The position numbers and the translations under genes were made by a program. Of a DNA stretch of 24,329 nucleotides, positions 8,219 through 16,114 are shown piece after piece. This stretch comes from a virus (lineage: Duplodnaviria > Caudoviricetes). Under the pieces are notes generated by a model. That model was not told where the DNA came from. It made no database searches and worked only from the letters and a program-made list of their open reading frames with translations. Positions within the stretch are counted from its first letter, which is position 1; every line of letters starts with the position of its first letter. The stretch is from IMG/VR virus record IMGVR_UViG_3300027804_000216, positions 1-24,329 of that record. The stretch is one strand, 5' to 3'.

Positions 8219-8514
8219 TTTGTTCCCTCCTCGTTCATAGAGATTCGTTCAACCCGTGCTAGATAAACCCGTTGTTCATCGAGAGTCATCATCGCTCTCA
8301 AAAATGCTTCTGCGCCAGTTTTAATATCTTCGCCCTGCGCTGCAAGATGAAGCAGGTTCATCAGCCAGCCGAGCGCACCGATCTCATCGAAGCCTGCATC
8401 GGCTTCGTCATCTGACCAGTCTTGCATCGCCACAATAAGCCTGACTTCAAACAGGGCTGTGTCGCCCGATGCGATCAGTTCTATGTGATCTAGTGAGTGT
8501 TTAGTAATTTTCAT
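8215..8514 (-). CDS. Hypothetical protein
   Basis: 99 aa, GGAGG RBS, ATGA overlaps at both ends. Confidence 0.75.
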   Translation of the reverse strand: MKITKHSLDHIELIASGDTALFEVRLIVAMQDWSDDEADAGFDEIGALGWLMNLLHLAAQGEDIKTGAEAFLRAMMTLDEQRVYLARVERISMNEEGTK

Positions 8515-8675
8515 TTTGCCTCCTCTAATCGTGATGAAAGAATTGACTCTGCGATTAAAGCCAACTGCTGGCTTCGCTCATTGTGTAACGCTTTCAGGTT
8601 AATTATTAGTGTTGATAATTTTTGATTGTTCATTAGTCGAAAACGATTTGCTTCTTGCTTAATGCTTTTCAACAT
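8511..8675 (-). CDS. Hypothetical protein (start reassigned, MLKSIKQ...)
   Basis: GAGGAGG RBS before ATG 8675; coupled to neighbours. Confidence 0.7.
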   Translation of the reverse strand: MLKSIKQEANRFRLMNNQKLSTLIINLKALHNERSQQLALIAESILSSRLEEAK

Positions 8676-8676
8676 T

Positions 8677-8991
8677 TTACGCCTCCTCTGCTTGAATAAG
8701 TTTTTTGACTGCTGATATCGCTTGCGCTTTCGAAGTGTATTGGCAGAACTCGCCAACGGTTTCAACCTTCAGACCGCCTTCATATTTTCTGATGGTGTAA
8801 AAGCGTGGGTTGCTATCTGCGTAGTTATCTCGTTCGCTGGTGATGAAGTAGCAGCCACCGTAGATTTCGCTATGGATTCGGCTGCTAAAAAACCTCATTG
8901 TAGATTTGCTGAAGAAGTGTGAACCTGCTTTTTCTGCTTCGCTGATGATCTGATTGATACTTGTGTATTGCGTTTTGTTTATTGTATTCAT
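8677..8991 (-). CDS. Phage hypothetical protein (HFFSKSTMRFFSSR motif)
   Basis: AAGAGGAGG RBS before ATG 8991; the motif resembles small early proteins of other actinophages (recalled, not searched). Confidence 0.8.
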   Translation of the reverse strand: MNTINKTQYTSINQIISEAEKAGSHFFSKSTMRFFSSRIHSEIYGGCYFITSERDNYADSNPRFYTIRKYEGGLKVETVGEFCQYTSKAQAISAVKKLIQAEEA

Positions 8992-9022
8992 TTTTGTTCC
9001 TCCTCTTGTTTGAATGTTTCTA

Positions 9023-9283
9023 TTACTTTGCATAATCAGAAATCATTTCGTGTAACCCGATTTCTGACCATTTTACGGAAGCGATCAAACTTTTAATCTG
9101 TTCCAAGATTTCTGAGTGATCAGTTCCTAAATCGTTATCAATCATCTTCAGTGTCTCTCGAGCCATTCTTATCCCAGCCAAAGCCTGCTTATATTGTTTG
9201 TGCAAAACCATCATTTGGTCTTGTATTTCTTTGTCTTGCTCTTTCAAGATTAAATCGATAACTGTCTTGCTGTGTAAATTCAT
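9023..9283 (-). CDS. Helical hypothetical protein (start reassigned, MNLHSK...)
   Basis: Preceded by the conserved leader AGTTCAAGAGGAGGACT. Confidence 0.75.
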   Translation of the reverse strand: MNLHSKTVIDLILKEQDKEIQDQMMVLHKQYKQALAGIRMARETLKMIDNDLGTDHSEILEQIKSLIASVKWSEIGLHEMISDYAK

Positions 9284-9288
9284 TTCTA

Positions 9289-9305
9289 AGTCCTCCTCTT
9301 GAACT
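9289..9305 (-). repeat. 17-bp leader repeat AGTTCAAGAGGAGGACT (other exact copies at 9522-9538 and 16116-16132)
   Basis: Three exact copies, each just upstream of a start codon. This copy has a TATAAT shortly upstream. Confidence 0.85.
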
Positions 9306-9313
9306 TTGATCAT

Positions 9314-9520
9314 TTAATTATATTGTTTGATTACATTGATACGATGTTTTTCACGGATTATTGATTCTTGTTTCGCTGTCAGATTTTGTGTTTGAATACT
9401 GTCCATTATTCCAGCAGCCATACACTTAACACATCGAAATTGATTTGACGGTAGATCTGTTGCTGGTTTAAAATCGTGTTTGCACATAATTTTAAACTTT
9501 CTTTTCTGTTCTTCGTTCAT
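9314..9520 (-). CDS. Small Zn-binding-like hypothetical protein, first gene of an early operon
   Basis: CKH...CVKC; preceded by the conserved leader and promoter cassette. Confidence 0.7.
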   Translation of the reverse strand: MNEEQKRKFKIMCKHDFKPATDLPSNQFRCVKCMAAGIMDSIQTQNLTAKQESIIREKHRINVIKQYN

Positions 9521-9620
9521 CAGTCCTCCTCTTGAACTATCGGTTCACCCGATAACTCAAGTATAGAACCATCATAAGCCAAATACTAAACTTATTTAAG
9601 CCTTATTTGATAAGGGTTTT
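9521..9620 (-). promoter_or_regulatory. Conserved promoter cassette, copy A
   Basis: Minus strand: AAAACCCTTATCAAATAAGGCTT (9620-9598), 32 nt, TATACT (9565-9560), hairpin TTGAGTTATCGG-GTGAA-CCGATAGTTCAA, then GAGGAGG RBS. Confidence 0.8.
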
Positions 9621-9638
9621 GGGGCGTCCAGCCTTCGT

Positions 9639-10163
9639 TTAACAGCCAAGCCACGCTGACCAGCCACATTTGCCCTTCGCCCTGTCATAGCTGATCAACG
9701 CCTGCGCTGCGTCAATCGTTACAGCAACATCGAATAAATCTGCTGGCACAAGATCACGCCCTAGAACCGTTTGAAGATATCCGTTCGGATAATAAGTAGT
9801 GCGCTGAATCCAAAACAAATTGATCTGAAACAAGCCAAGCGAACCCTTTACGCCCTGCACAGTGTTTGGGTCATTCTTATTATGTGCCGAAGCAATACAA
9901 CGAGACTCTCGCCAAACAATCTGATCTGCTTTAACTACATCTTTCTCGAGCCAACCAGCATCACGCAAACGACCCCACAATTCAGGGCATTTAGCCCAAA
10001 CGGGGATATCACGCTTCAAAGTTGGAACGAAATCAAACGGATGTTTGGCCATTTGAACTTGATCTATCTTTCGAGGTGCTTCAGCAGCGTCAGCGATACT
10101 GACCCAACCGATACAACTTGCTGCTAATAAAACAAAAATCTTTTTCACATTAACTCCAATCAC
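9639..10163 (-). CDS. Secreted lytic transglycosylase (SLT/lysozyme-like fold)
   Basis: Signal peptide (KKIFVLLAASCIGWVSIADA), catalytic WRESRC, GLFQIN, C-terminal GWSAW. Start reassigned to GTG 10163 after AGAAGGAGG. Confidence 0.85.
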   Translation of the reverse strand: MIGVNVKKIFVLLAASCIGWVSIADAAEAPRKIDQVQMAKHPFDFVPTLKRDIPVWAKCPELWGRLRDAGWLEKDVVKADQIVWRESRCIASAHNKNDPNTVQGVKGSLGLFQINLFWIQRTTYYPNGYLQTVLGRDLVPADLFDVAVTIDAAQALISYDRAKGKCGWSAWLGC

Positions 10164-10184
10164 CTTGTCCTCCTTCTGAACTTG

Positions 10185-10520
10185 GTTATAGGTTTTTAGT
10201 TTTCTTTGGTCTGTCCTTGACAGGTCGTGGCGTAATCGCTCATCGTTCGCCTTAGTCGGCGTATATCTCAACCCTAGCATTACTCTGAGAGCGTGTGTGA
10301 GTTTTAATTTTATTTACACGCACACTGAACGCTACTGTTTGGCGACTTAAAGAGATTATGAAACCCCCCTATCGCTCTGCCTCACTGCGATACCCAAATC
10401 ATTTTTCGCAAACGCCGTAATTGCTTGCAGCGTTTTCTACCCTCGTTGCCGAGTGTCACCAACTACCTTGCGAAGGGTTTAGGTCTAAATGAGTATTCTC
10501 TAGTTTTCGTTTATTGCTTA
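10185..10520 (-). ncRNA. Candidate structured ncRNA / replication-origin region
   Basis: Longest non-coding stretch in the window. Stacked hairpins, two with clear GCAA tetraloops on the minus strand, a closing stem, a G6 tract and an AT-rich bubble. Confidence 0.55.
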
Positions 10521-10521
10521 A

Positions 10522-10923
10522 CTACGCTGCGCCGAACTCCCGACATTTACAAGGCACGACATACGAATATGTGCGCCCCATAACGATCTTGGTGAATCCT
10601 TCGCAAATCAATTCTTTAGCGTTGTAATTCCATCGCCTGCCGTTATCCCAACCATTTCCATCGCAAATCTCGCAAACAACAATCGTTTGTTCTGTCGCAG
10701 GCTTACGAAGTAGCCTAAACGCTTTATGAACTTCTTTAAGACTTGGGAACTTGTCGTGAAGTTCCATAATCAATGGCACGACTTTTCGAGCATCTTCAAC
10801 ACTTTGAAGTAATAAAAAATCGTCAGCAGTCCAAGCGTGTTTCGCTTTCGCTAACGAAACTTGTTGCGATGGATAGATTCCACAAATACGATCTATAAAG
10901 CCTTCTATTTGTGCTGGTGTCAT
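10522..10923 (-). CDS. Putative helicase loader/inhibitor-like replication accessory protein with Zn finger
   Basis: Helical N-terminal domain ending KFPSLKEV (G39P-like pattern), then CEICDGNGW...PCKC. Function is inferred. Confidence 0.55.
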   Translation of the reverse strand: MTPAQIEGFIDRICGIYPSQQVSLAKAKHAWTADDFLLLQSVEDARKVVPLIMELHDKFPSLKEVHKAFRLLRKPATEQTIVVCEICDGNGWDNGRRWNYNAKELICEGFTKIVMGRTYSYVVPCKCREFGAA

Positions 10924-11354
10924 TTTGCCTCCTCTTTCAAGTCTCTGAATATAGCCCATTGAATATCAACCGAGACGAATGCTTCATTTTGCGAGTATTT
11001 AGTGTCCTTATTTGCTATCGGTGCAGCCAAAATATGCTCGCCGTCTATAAGCAAAGCGTGTGTTCTTTTGTGATTTAACATCACGAACCAAGTCTCAACA
11101 TCTAGCGCAACAAACTTGCGTTTACGAGCAGAGAAATGAATCTGCTCATACGGAAAATATTTGCCACGCCAGTTATGTTTAACTTCTACTTCAAAAGCGA
11201 ACTGTCTACCCCAGCGTGTAGCCAAAATATCTATGCCGAACTTGTCGGGATTAACCCACGCTTCGTAGCCTTTGCTTTCTAACCATTCGATGATCTGATA
11301 CTTCGCCCAGTCATCTTGCTCGTAATGCTCTTGACTAAATACCTTGCTCATCAT
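10920..11354 (-). CDS. PD-(D/E)xK nuclease-fold protein
   Basis: FGIDILA...AFEVEVK motif. Start reassigned to ATG 11354 (ATGA overlap). Confidence 0.75.
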   Translation of the reverse strand: MMSKVFSQEHYEQDDWAKYQIIEWLESKGYEAWVNPDKFGIDILATRWGRQFAFEVEVKHNWRGKYFPYEQIHFSARKRKFVALDVETWFVMLNHKRTHALLIDGEHILAAPIANKDTKYSQNEAFVSVDIQWAIFRDLKEEAK

Positions 11355-11842
11355 TGTCCTCCTTCGTAGTATTCGTGCATCGCAGGTCGCACAAGTTCTT
11401 CCCAAGTGCTTAACCTAATCATCACTAAACCTTCTTTGCCCCAATCATCAGGCATCAGAATCGCCCGTGTAGGTTTACGCCTAGACCCGTAATCAGCCTC
11501 GTTAGAACGCACCTGAGCCTCTATACGAAGCCAAGCAGTGACTGCTGCCCCAATCTGCTTGCCTGCTTTAACCTCGTTGGCGAACAGAACATCTTGCCAC
11601 ATCTCCTCGTTACCGTCACCGAACTTGTTAGACGGTGCGACACCTAGACGCTTTCGAGCGACACGCTGCTTGCTTAATCCTTTCGTGCGTGATCGCTTCC
11701 CTCGTGCTGTCGGGTCAGCGCAACCCTTAACACGCCTGCTGCCATCTCGTGACGGTCTGCCTAGTGTGCCGAACTTCGGGCAATCCTTAAGGTTGCATTT
11801 GTCTCGATTGCCTTGACATTCGCCTTTGCGATCATCGCTCAT
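11351..11842 (-). CDS. Cys-rich N-terminus plus PD-(D/E)xK-like domain (Holliday junction resolvase-like)
   Basis: RGKRSRTKG helix, NEVKAG, LVMIRLSTWEEL resemble phage archaeal-type resolvases, but the catalytic residues look divergent. Confidence 0.5.
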   Translation of the reverse strand: MSDDRKGECQGNRDKCNLKDCPKFGTLGRPSRDGSRRVKGCADPTARGKRSRTKGLSKQRVARKRLGVAPSNKFGDGNEEMWQDVLFANEVKAGKQIGAAVTAWLRIEAQVRSNEADYGSRRKPTRAILMPDDWGKEGLVMIRLSTWEELVRPAMHEYYEGGQ

Positions 11843-12146
11843 AATCGACCACTTCATCATTGTTGGTTTTTTTGCCACGATTTAAGCAATCTTTTTTTAA
11901 TGCGCCAATCATTGAATGACGCAAAATTTCAACCATAGAGATTAAAACTTGTCTATTTTGAAAGTTCAATGGCGTTTTATGTAATTCGTTTTCTAAAACA
12001 TCAAACAAGAACTCGTGATAATCAACGAATGCTGGCTGCATTTCGCTAGTCATAAATTCGTTTAAGTAATAGTTATAAACACGATGTAAGTTCCATTTTT
12101 CATCAACTTCGTTGTAATTGACTTCATTATCTATTTCACTCATCAT
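11832..12146 (-). CDS. Hypothetical protein (AT-rich)
   Basis: Start reassigned to MMSEID; no family recognised. Confidence 0.65.
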   Translation of the reverse strand: MMSEIDNEVNYNEVDEKWNLHRVYNYYLNEFMTSEMQPAFVDYHEFLFDVLENELHKTPLNFQNRQVLISMVEILRHSMIGALKKDCLNRGKKTNNDEVVDYER

Positions 12147-12222
12147 CTTCTTCTTTCTCGCCGCACACAGGTTTTTGTGGTAGCAATCGGTTCGGAATAC
12201 AAGCACACAACTTTGCTCTCAT
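12136..12222 (-). CDS. Mini-protein, 28 aa (not in ORF track)
   Basis: MRAKLCACIPNRLLPQKPVCGEKEEDDE; ATGA overlap with the whiB stop and bridges to the next gene. Confidence 0.5.
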   Translation of the reverse strand: MRAKLCACIPNRLLPQKPVCGEKEEDDE

Positions 12223-12461
12223 ACTTTCTGCCTCCTTAACTCTCGGCGTTCCTCAGGCGTAAGCCCACCAAACATACCCCACTTATCATCTGTATATTCG
12301 AAGCGCATTACAAGAGCCAAACACTGTTCCTTTACTTCGCAACTTGCACAGATTTCTCTAGCCATTAGCCAGCGACTATCCGAATGAGAAAACGGAGGAA
12401 AGAAAATAGAACTCGGTTTGCCTTTACATTTTGCGTCATCAGACCAATGATCACGACTCAT
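12219..12461 (-). CDS. whiB: WhiB family Fe-S transcription factor
   Basis: W...AKC...FFP...AREICASCEVKEQCL...WGMFGGLTPEERR. Confidence 0.95.
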   Translation of the reverse strand: MSRDHWSDDAKCKGKPSSIFFPPFSHSDSRWLMAREICASCEVKEQCLALVMRFEYTDDKWGMFGGLTPEERRELRRQKV

Positions 12462-12646
12462 AACTCTCCTCTAAAAAACTGTGCAATCAAATCGTTTACT
12501 TCACCAAACTTGAAGATCGCTTCTCGAAGATCATCAAGCGACTGTCTATCTGTGCCGTCAAAGACTACGACCTTTCGGGCGCAATCAATGACGACACCAA
12601 TAGCAAACTCGTATGCCATCTGTAATTCTTCAGAAGGGTTCTTCAT
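12458..12646 (-). CDS. Hypothetical protein
   Basis: 62 aa, overlaps both neighbours in operon fashion. Confidence 0.7.
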   Translation of the reverse strand: MKNPSEELQMAYEFAIGVVIDCARKVVVFDGTDRQSLDDLREAIFKFGEVNDLIAQFFRGEL

Positions 12647-13397
12647 TTGTTTTCTTCTGGCGCATACTCATCAAATGTTTGATCAGGTCAGAACCTTCTT
12701 TGGTTGTAAGCGTGTTTAAGTTTGCTTTATCGAACAGTTGCTTCAAGATCGAACCGATATCGCCATCAGCAACTTCTTTCGCTAACGATGACACCAAGCC
12801 TTTCTGCTTGTCTGATATCAGGCTGCCGATCTTCGCAGTTGGTTTCGGGGGTGTAGAGAACGACTGTTCTATTTGCTCGTCACTCAACGCTTCCTGCTGG
12901 CTGCTTTTTGGCTGAACATTTGCTGGGTGCGCCTGTTTGCTCTTTTCAACCTCAACTTGGCTCATCGGGTAACTCGTATAGACGCTGCTCACATTCGTTC
13001 GAGGTGCTTCCCAATCTTGTTTAGACCAAAGCGAAAGACAAATACCGAATCGCATCGCAGCGTTTCGCAAGAAGTCTCCGACAAGTTCTTTGTCAAGATC
13101 AGGTTTGTCTGCCCTTACCGAACCGACACCGACAAGCGACTTGCCTAACAAAGTAAGTGTTCCCCACATTGTCGCTACGCCGTTTGCTTCGTGTATTGCT
13201 GGTCTACCATCGACCCAAGCGACAGGTTGCCAATTCCACATCGGGTCAATCTCAATCAAGATGCGAGTGATTTCTGCGTGACTCACATAGGCGAGGTTGA
13301 TTCCGTTGCGTGGTATCGTGCCGACAATTTTCGGGTCGGGTGTTGCGTATTGCTCTAACACTGCTTTAAGCAGTAGTGCTTCTGTTTCATTACTCAT
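12630..13397 (-). CDS. Rad52/Sak-like single-strand annealing protein
   Basis: LAYVSHAEITRIL..IDPMWNW and KELVGDFLRNAAMRFGICLSLW; paired with a YqaJ exonuclease; low-complexity linker and short C-terminal helical domain. Confidence 0.8.
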   Translation of the reverse strand: MSNETEALLLKAVLEQYATPDPKIVGTIPRNGINLAYVSHAEITRILIEIDPMWNWQPVAWVDGRPAIHEANGVATMWGTLTLLGKSLVGVGSVRADKPDLDKELVGDFLRNAAMRFGICLSLWSKQDWEAPRTNVSSVYTSYPMSQVEVEKSKQAHPANVQPKSSQQEALSDEQIEQSFSTPPKPTAKIGSLISDKQKGLVSSLAKEVADGDIGSILKQLFDKANLNTLTTKEGSDLIKHLMSMRQKKTNEEPF

Positions 13398-14341
13398 TAC
13401 TTAACCTTCTTTCTGTGTGTTCTCATCACACGGTATGGGTTTCCTTGCTTCTCATATTGCTTAACTAACTCTGGGTGATCGGCTCGAAGTCTCGCCGTAT
13501 CTAACGCTGTCTTGCCTGCTTGCTGAGTCCACGAAACAATCTTCTGCCCGTTAAACATACCAATTTCGTGATTCAACATCATCTGAGCAAGAGCATCTTT
13601 GATTCGTGCCTCAGCATCGCTCGCCTCTTTCGAAGTCGCCCGTGCTTTCTCAAGATCAATCACCAACTGCGCTGCTGTCGCATCTAACTCAACCATTGTC
13701 GGTGTAGCCCTAAAGATACGAGCAATATCATCTGCACTGAAGTTATTGATCTCGTCAAGCGGTGGCGTGTTGTTATCAACCCATTCACCAAACACTTCTG
13801 CCTCTAATCGCAGAGCGTCAATCGCTACCTCGTTTCTAGGTAACTCGACCACGCTGATCTTTAAATCACGGTCAAGCACTGAGAACCAAACAGGGCAATC
13901 AAGCACCGCTTGTTGCGCCCAGCCCTGCCAACACCACTCCGTAGGCAAATCGTTTTGGTCATAAATTGAATAGCGTGTAGTCGTTTTCGCCTCAACTACT
14001 AATTCGGGTTGAATTGAATTATCTACACCGTCAAGCGACACTGAGAGTCTGCCATCACGGTAGATCGTGTCAGGTGTAAAGAATGTGTAGCCCAATTCTT
14101 CTGACGCTGCTTCTAGCAACGGCTTCTCAAGCAAGTTTCCACGCCGAAAGATTGCCGACTCTGCCTGTTCTTGAGGCTCATTCAGTTTGTCTGCAAACAG
14201 TTCAGCTCTCGTCTTGTATGGCGAAGCGTTCATTAGCGCAGGGATATCGGAAGCCCCGAACACGCATCTGCCTAAATCATCTCGCCATCTAGTCAGTAGC
14301 CATTCTTTGCTTCCGTGTTTCGGTTTTGATATTCGTTCCAT
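13397..14341 (-). CDS. YqaJ/lambda-exonuclease-like recombination nuclease
   Basis: EWL..R...FGASD...SPYKT, RRGNLLE, SLDG, VEAKT, WQGWAQ; C-terminal LDTARLRADHPEL..QY. Confidence 0.92.
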   Translation of the reverse strand: MERISKPKHGSKEWLLTRWRDDLGRCVFGASDIPALMNASPYKTRAELFADKLNEPQEQAESAIFRRGNLLEKPLLEAASEELGYTFFTPDTIYRDGRLSVSLDGVDNSIQPELVVEAKTTTRYSIYDQNDLPTEWCWQGWAQQAVLDCPVWFSVLDRDLKISVVELPRNEVAIDALRLEAEVFGEWVDNNTPPLDEINNFSADDIARIFRATPTMVELDATAAQLVIDLEKARATSKEASDAEARIKDALAQMMLNHEIGMFNGQKIVSWTQQAGKTALDTARLRADHPELVKQYEKQGNPYRVMRTHRKKVK

Positions 14342-14382
14342 CTCTGTCCTTCTTTCTTTGTTCGTTTATGTTGATCTAATTA

Positions 14383-15282
14383 TTACTTAGGGGTGTAACG
14401 AAGTTTCATTACTTGTTCGCCTACCCATTGAGCGACAGGCGCAGTGACTCCATTTCCGCACTGTTGGTATCGATAAACGTCTTTTTGCTCTCGCCCATCT
14501 GCACCCCATCTAGTCCAGTCATCAGGATATCCCTGCAACCTTTCGGATTCGATAGGTGTCAGTTTTCGAGGTTTAAGTGTTTCGCTAACAACACAGCAAG
14601 CAGCGATCTTTTTGAGTGGGTTGGTAAATCCAACATTGAACTGATCTTGCACTCCGTGTGATTGATAGAAACTGACTTCATTTCCCTTTTGTATATACCT
14701 AAAATCGCTTTCGTTGATAGGAAATATCTTGACGGTATCAAGTTCTGATCGATCAAAATTGAAGCCAGCGACAACGAACACACGCCTTCTTGCTTGGGGG
14801 ATTCCAAAGTATTTCGTGTCCAGCAATTTCCATTCAATGACCATCGCCCCTGCTTCTGCCATTGCGTCGAGGATCGCCCCAAAGTCATCGCCTTTGTTGG
14901 AATTAAGTGCGCCTGCGACATTTTCCCAAATAGAGAATCTTGGATATTTGTCATTTGTTAATCCTCTCAGTTCTTTAATGATTCTTATTCCTTCATAGAA
15001 CAAAACTGATCTGCCACCTTCAAGCCCTGCCCGTTTGCCTGCTTGTGATAAATCTTGGCAAGGCGAACCCCAAGCCACAACATCAATATCGGGTGCGTGA
15101 TCAAGAATATATTTGCCCGTCAGAGTAGAAACATCAGACCACTTAGGAACATCAGCCCAATGACGATCAAGAACGCTGCGACAATGTTTATCCCACTCGC
15201 ATTGAAACACCGTTTGCATTCCTGATGCTTCAAGCCCCATATCAAAACCGCCAACACCGCTAAACAGCGAAAGAACTTTCAC
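14383..15282 (-). CDS. DNA (cytosine-5) methyltransferase, main chain
   Basis: Motif I LFSGVGG, IV GSPCQDLS, VI WENV, VIII QARRRVF, IX RKLTPIESERLQGYP, X RYQQCGNGV. Start reassigned to GTG 15282 (GTGA overlap). Confidence 0.95.
   Translation of the reverse strand: MKVLSLFSGVGGFDMGLEASGMQTVFQCEWDKHCRSVLDRHWADVPKWSDVSTLTGKYILDHAPDIDVVAWGSPCQDLSQAGKRAGLEGGRSVLFYEGIRIIKELRGLTNDKYPRFSIWENVAGALNSNKGDDFGAILDAMAEAGAMVIEWKLLDTKYFGIPQARRRVFVVAGFNFDRSELDTVKIFPINESDFRYIQKGNEVSFYQSHGVQDQFNVGFTNPLKKIAACCVVSETLKPRKLTPIESERLQGYPDDWTRWGADGREQKDVYRYQQCGNGVTAPVAQWVGEQVMKLRYTPK
14559..14954 (-). CDS. Nested alternative-frame ORF, probable second (beta-type) polypeptide of the C5 MTase
   Basis: 131 aa on the same strand within the MTase gene; contains ESPKQEGVCSLSLASILIDQNLIPSRYFLSTKAILGIYKR; GAGGA RBS-like sequence upstream of its ATG. 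Confidence 0.65.
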   Translation of the reverse strand: MTNIQDSLFGKMSQAHLIPTKAMTLGRSSTQWQKQGRWSLNGNCWTRNTLESPKQEGVCSLSLASILIDQNLIPSRYFLSTKAILGIYKREMKSVSINHTECKISSMLDLPTHSKRSLLAVLLAKHLNLEN

Positions 15283-15416
15283 CTTTTCGCCCAATACCTT
15301 TTTCGAGCAAGATCATTTCTCGCCTTTTCATCTGCTTTAAGTTTTGCGTCATGTTTGAGACATTCGTTTATCCAATACGCAACAACTTCTTCAGGCGTAC
15401 CATCTTTGTTTGGCAT
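15279..15416 (-). CDS. Hypothetical protein, 45 aa (not in ORF track)
   Basis: MPNKDGTPEEVVAYWINECLKHDAKLKADEKARNDLARKRYWAKR; its stop overlaps the MTase GTG. Confidence 0.65.
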   Translation of the reverse strand: MPNKDGTPEEVVAYWINECLKHDAKLKADEKARNDLARKRYWAKR

Positions 15417-15432
15417 TACTTCCCGTTTATTA

Positions 15433-15648
15433 TTATTCATTTATTGACCAATGCCTTCGACCACATTCACAAATAAGATCGGGCGTTTTAATTTGCTTTA
15501 AGCAAACGCAAGTGACCGAACGCCTGCGCCTGTCCTTCTGTTCTTTGTAACCATCATCGTGTTCTTTCATATAATGCAGCATATGATCGGTAATGTTTTT
15601 GAACTGCTTTTCGCAAACTGAACAAATGCAAGTCTCTTTAGTTTTCAT
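15433..15648 (-). CDS. C2H2-type Zn finger protein with additional Cys pairs
   Basis: CSVCEKQF...HMLHYMKEH, then CVC and CEC. Confidence 0.75.
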   Translation of the reverse strand: MKTKETCICSVCEKQFKNITDHMLHYMKEHDDGYKEQKDRRRRSVTCVCLKQIKTPDLICECGRRHWSINE

Positions 15649-15881
15649 CTGACCTCCACAAGTTGAACAAGAGAATCTTTAGGCAACTTGCGCTCTTTGA
15701 TTATCCTTGTAGAGCAACCAACAGTAACAACAACCCAAGTGTTCCCGTTCTTGCGTGTCGAAGGTTTAATCTCTGTAATCAAATAATTCTCTTTGTGCAT
15801 ATACCAAGTAAAAACATCGCCAACTTGCAGATTCATAACGGCGTTACGCTTATTCTTGTTTACCCCAACCATATAACCCAT
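15645..15881 (-). CDS. Hypothetical beta-rich protein
   Basis: GGAGGAGG RBS; LQVGDVF pattern suggests an SH3-like barrel. Confidence 0.7.
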   Translation of the reverse strand: MGYMVGVNKNKRNAVMNLQVGDVFTWYMHKENYLITEIKPSTRKNGNTWVVVTVGCSTRIIKERKLPKDSLVQLVEVR

Positions 15882-15895
15882 CTTCAGTCCTCCTC

Positions 15896-16114
15896 CTAGA
15901 ACTCGAACTCATTTACAATTTTATTGTTAGTCAGATCCCAAGTTTGAGCCAAGACAATAATTCCACCCGCATATTCTCTGCCTAAAAAGTCTTTCGCTAT
16001 GATTTCTGCTTCTAACAAATTAGGTGCGTCGAGCGTAAAATTATATTCGACTTGATTTTCATCTAATGCGGTAAAAATAACTTTAATAGATATTTTTTTG
16101 GTTTTAGTTTTCAT
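15896..16114 (-). CDS. Hypothetical protein, first gene of an early operon
   Basis: Follows the conserved promoter/leader cassette. Confidence 0.75.
   Translation of the reverse strand: MKTKTKKISIKVIFTALDENQVEYNFTLDAPNLLEAEIIAKDFLGREYAGGIIVLAQTWDLTNNKIVNEFEF

Noticed and set aside
9289-9538. Two nearby 17-bp direct repeats as att sites or a mini-CRISPR
   Set aside because: Each contains an SD directly before a start codon, the interval is a gene, and no integrase is visible.
10164-10280. N-terminal extension of the transglycosylase in the ORF track
   Set aside because: It would bury the signal peptide; a strong RBS precedes GTG 10163.
7884-10520. tRNA or tmRNA identity for the structured elements
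   Set aside because: No T-loop (TTCGA) in a cloverleaf context and no acceptor stem with CCA.
14342-14405. Possible middle promoter upstream of yqaJ (GTTACACCCCTAAGTAATAAT, minus strand)
   Set aside because: Plausible position, but no clean -10/-35 and I found no second copy in the window.
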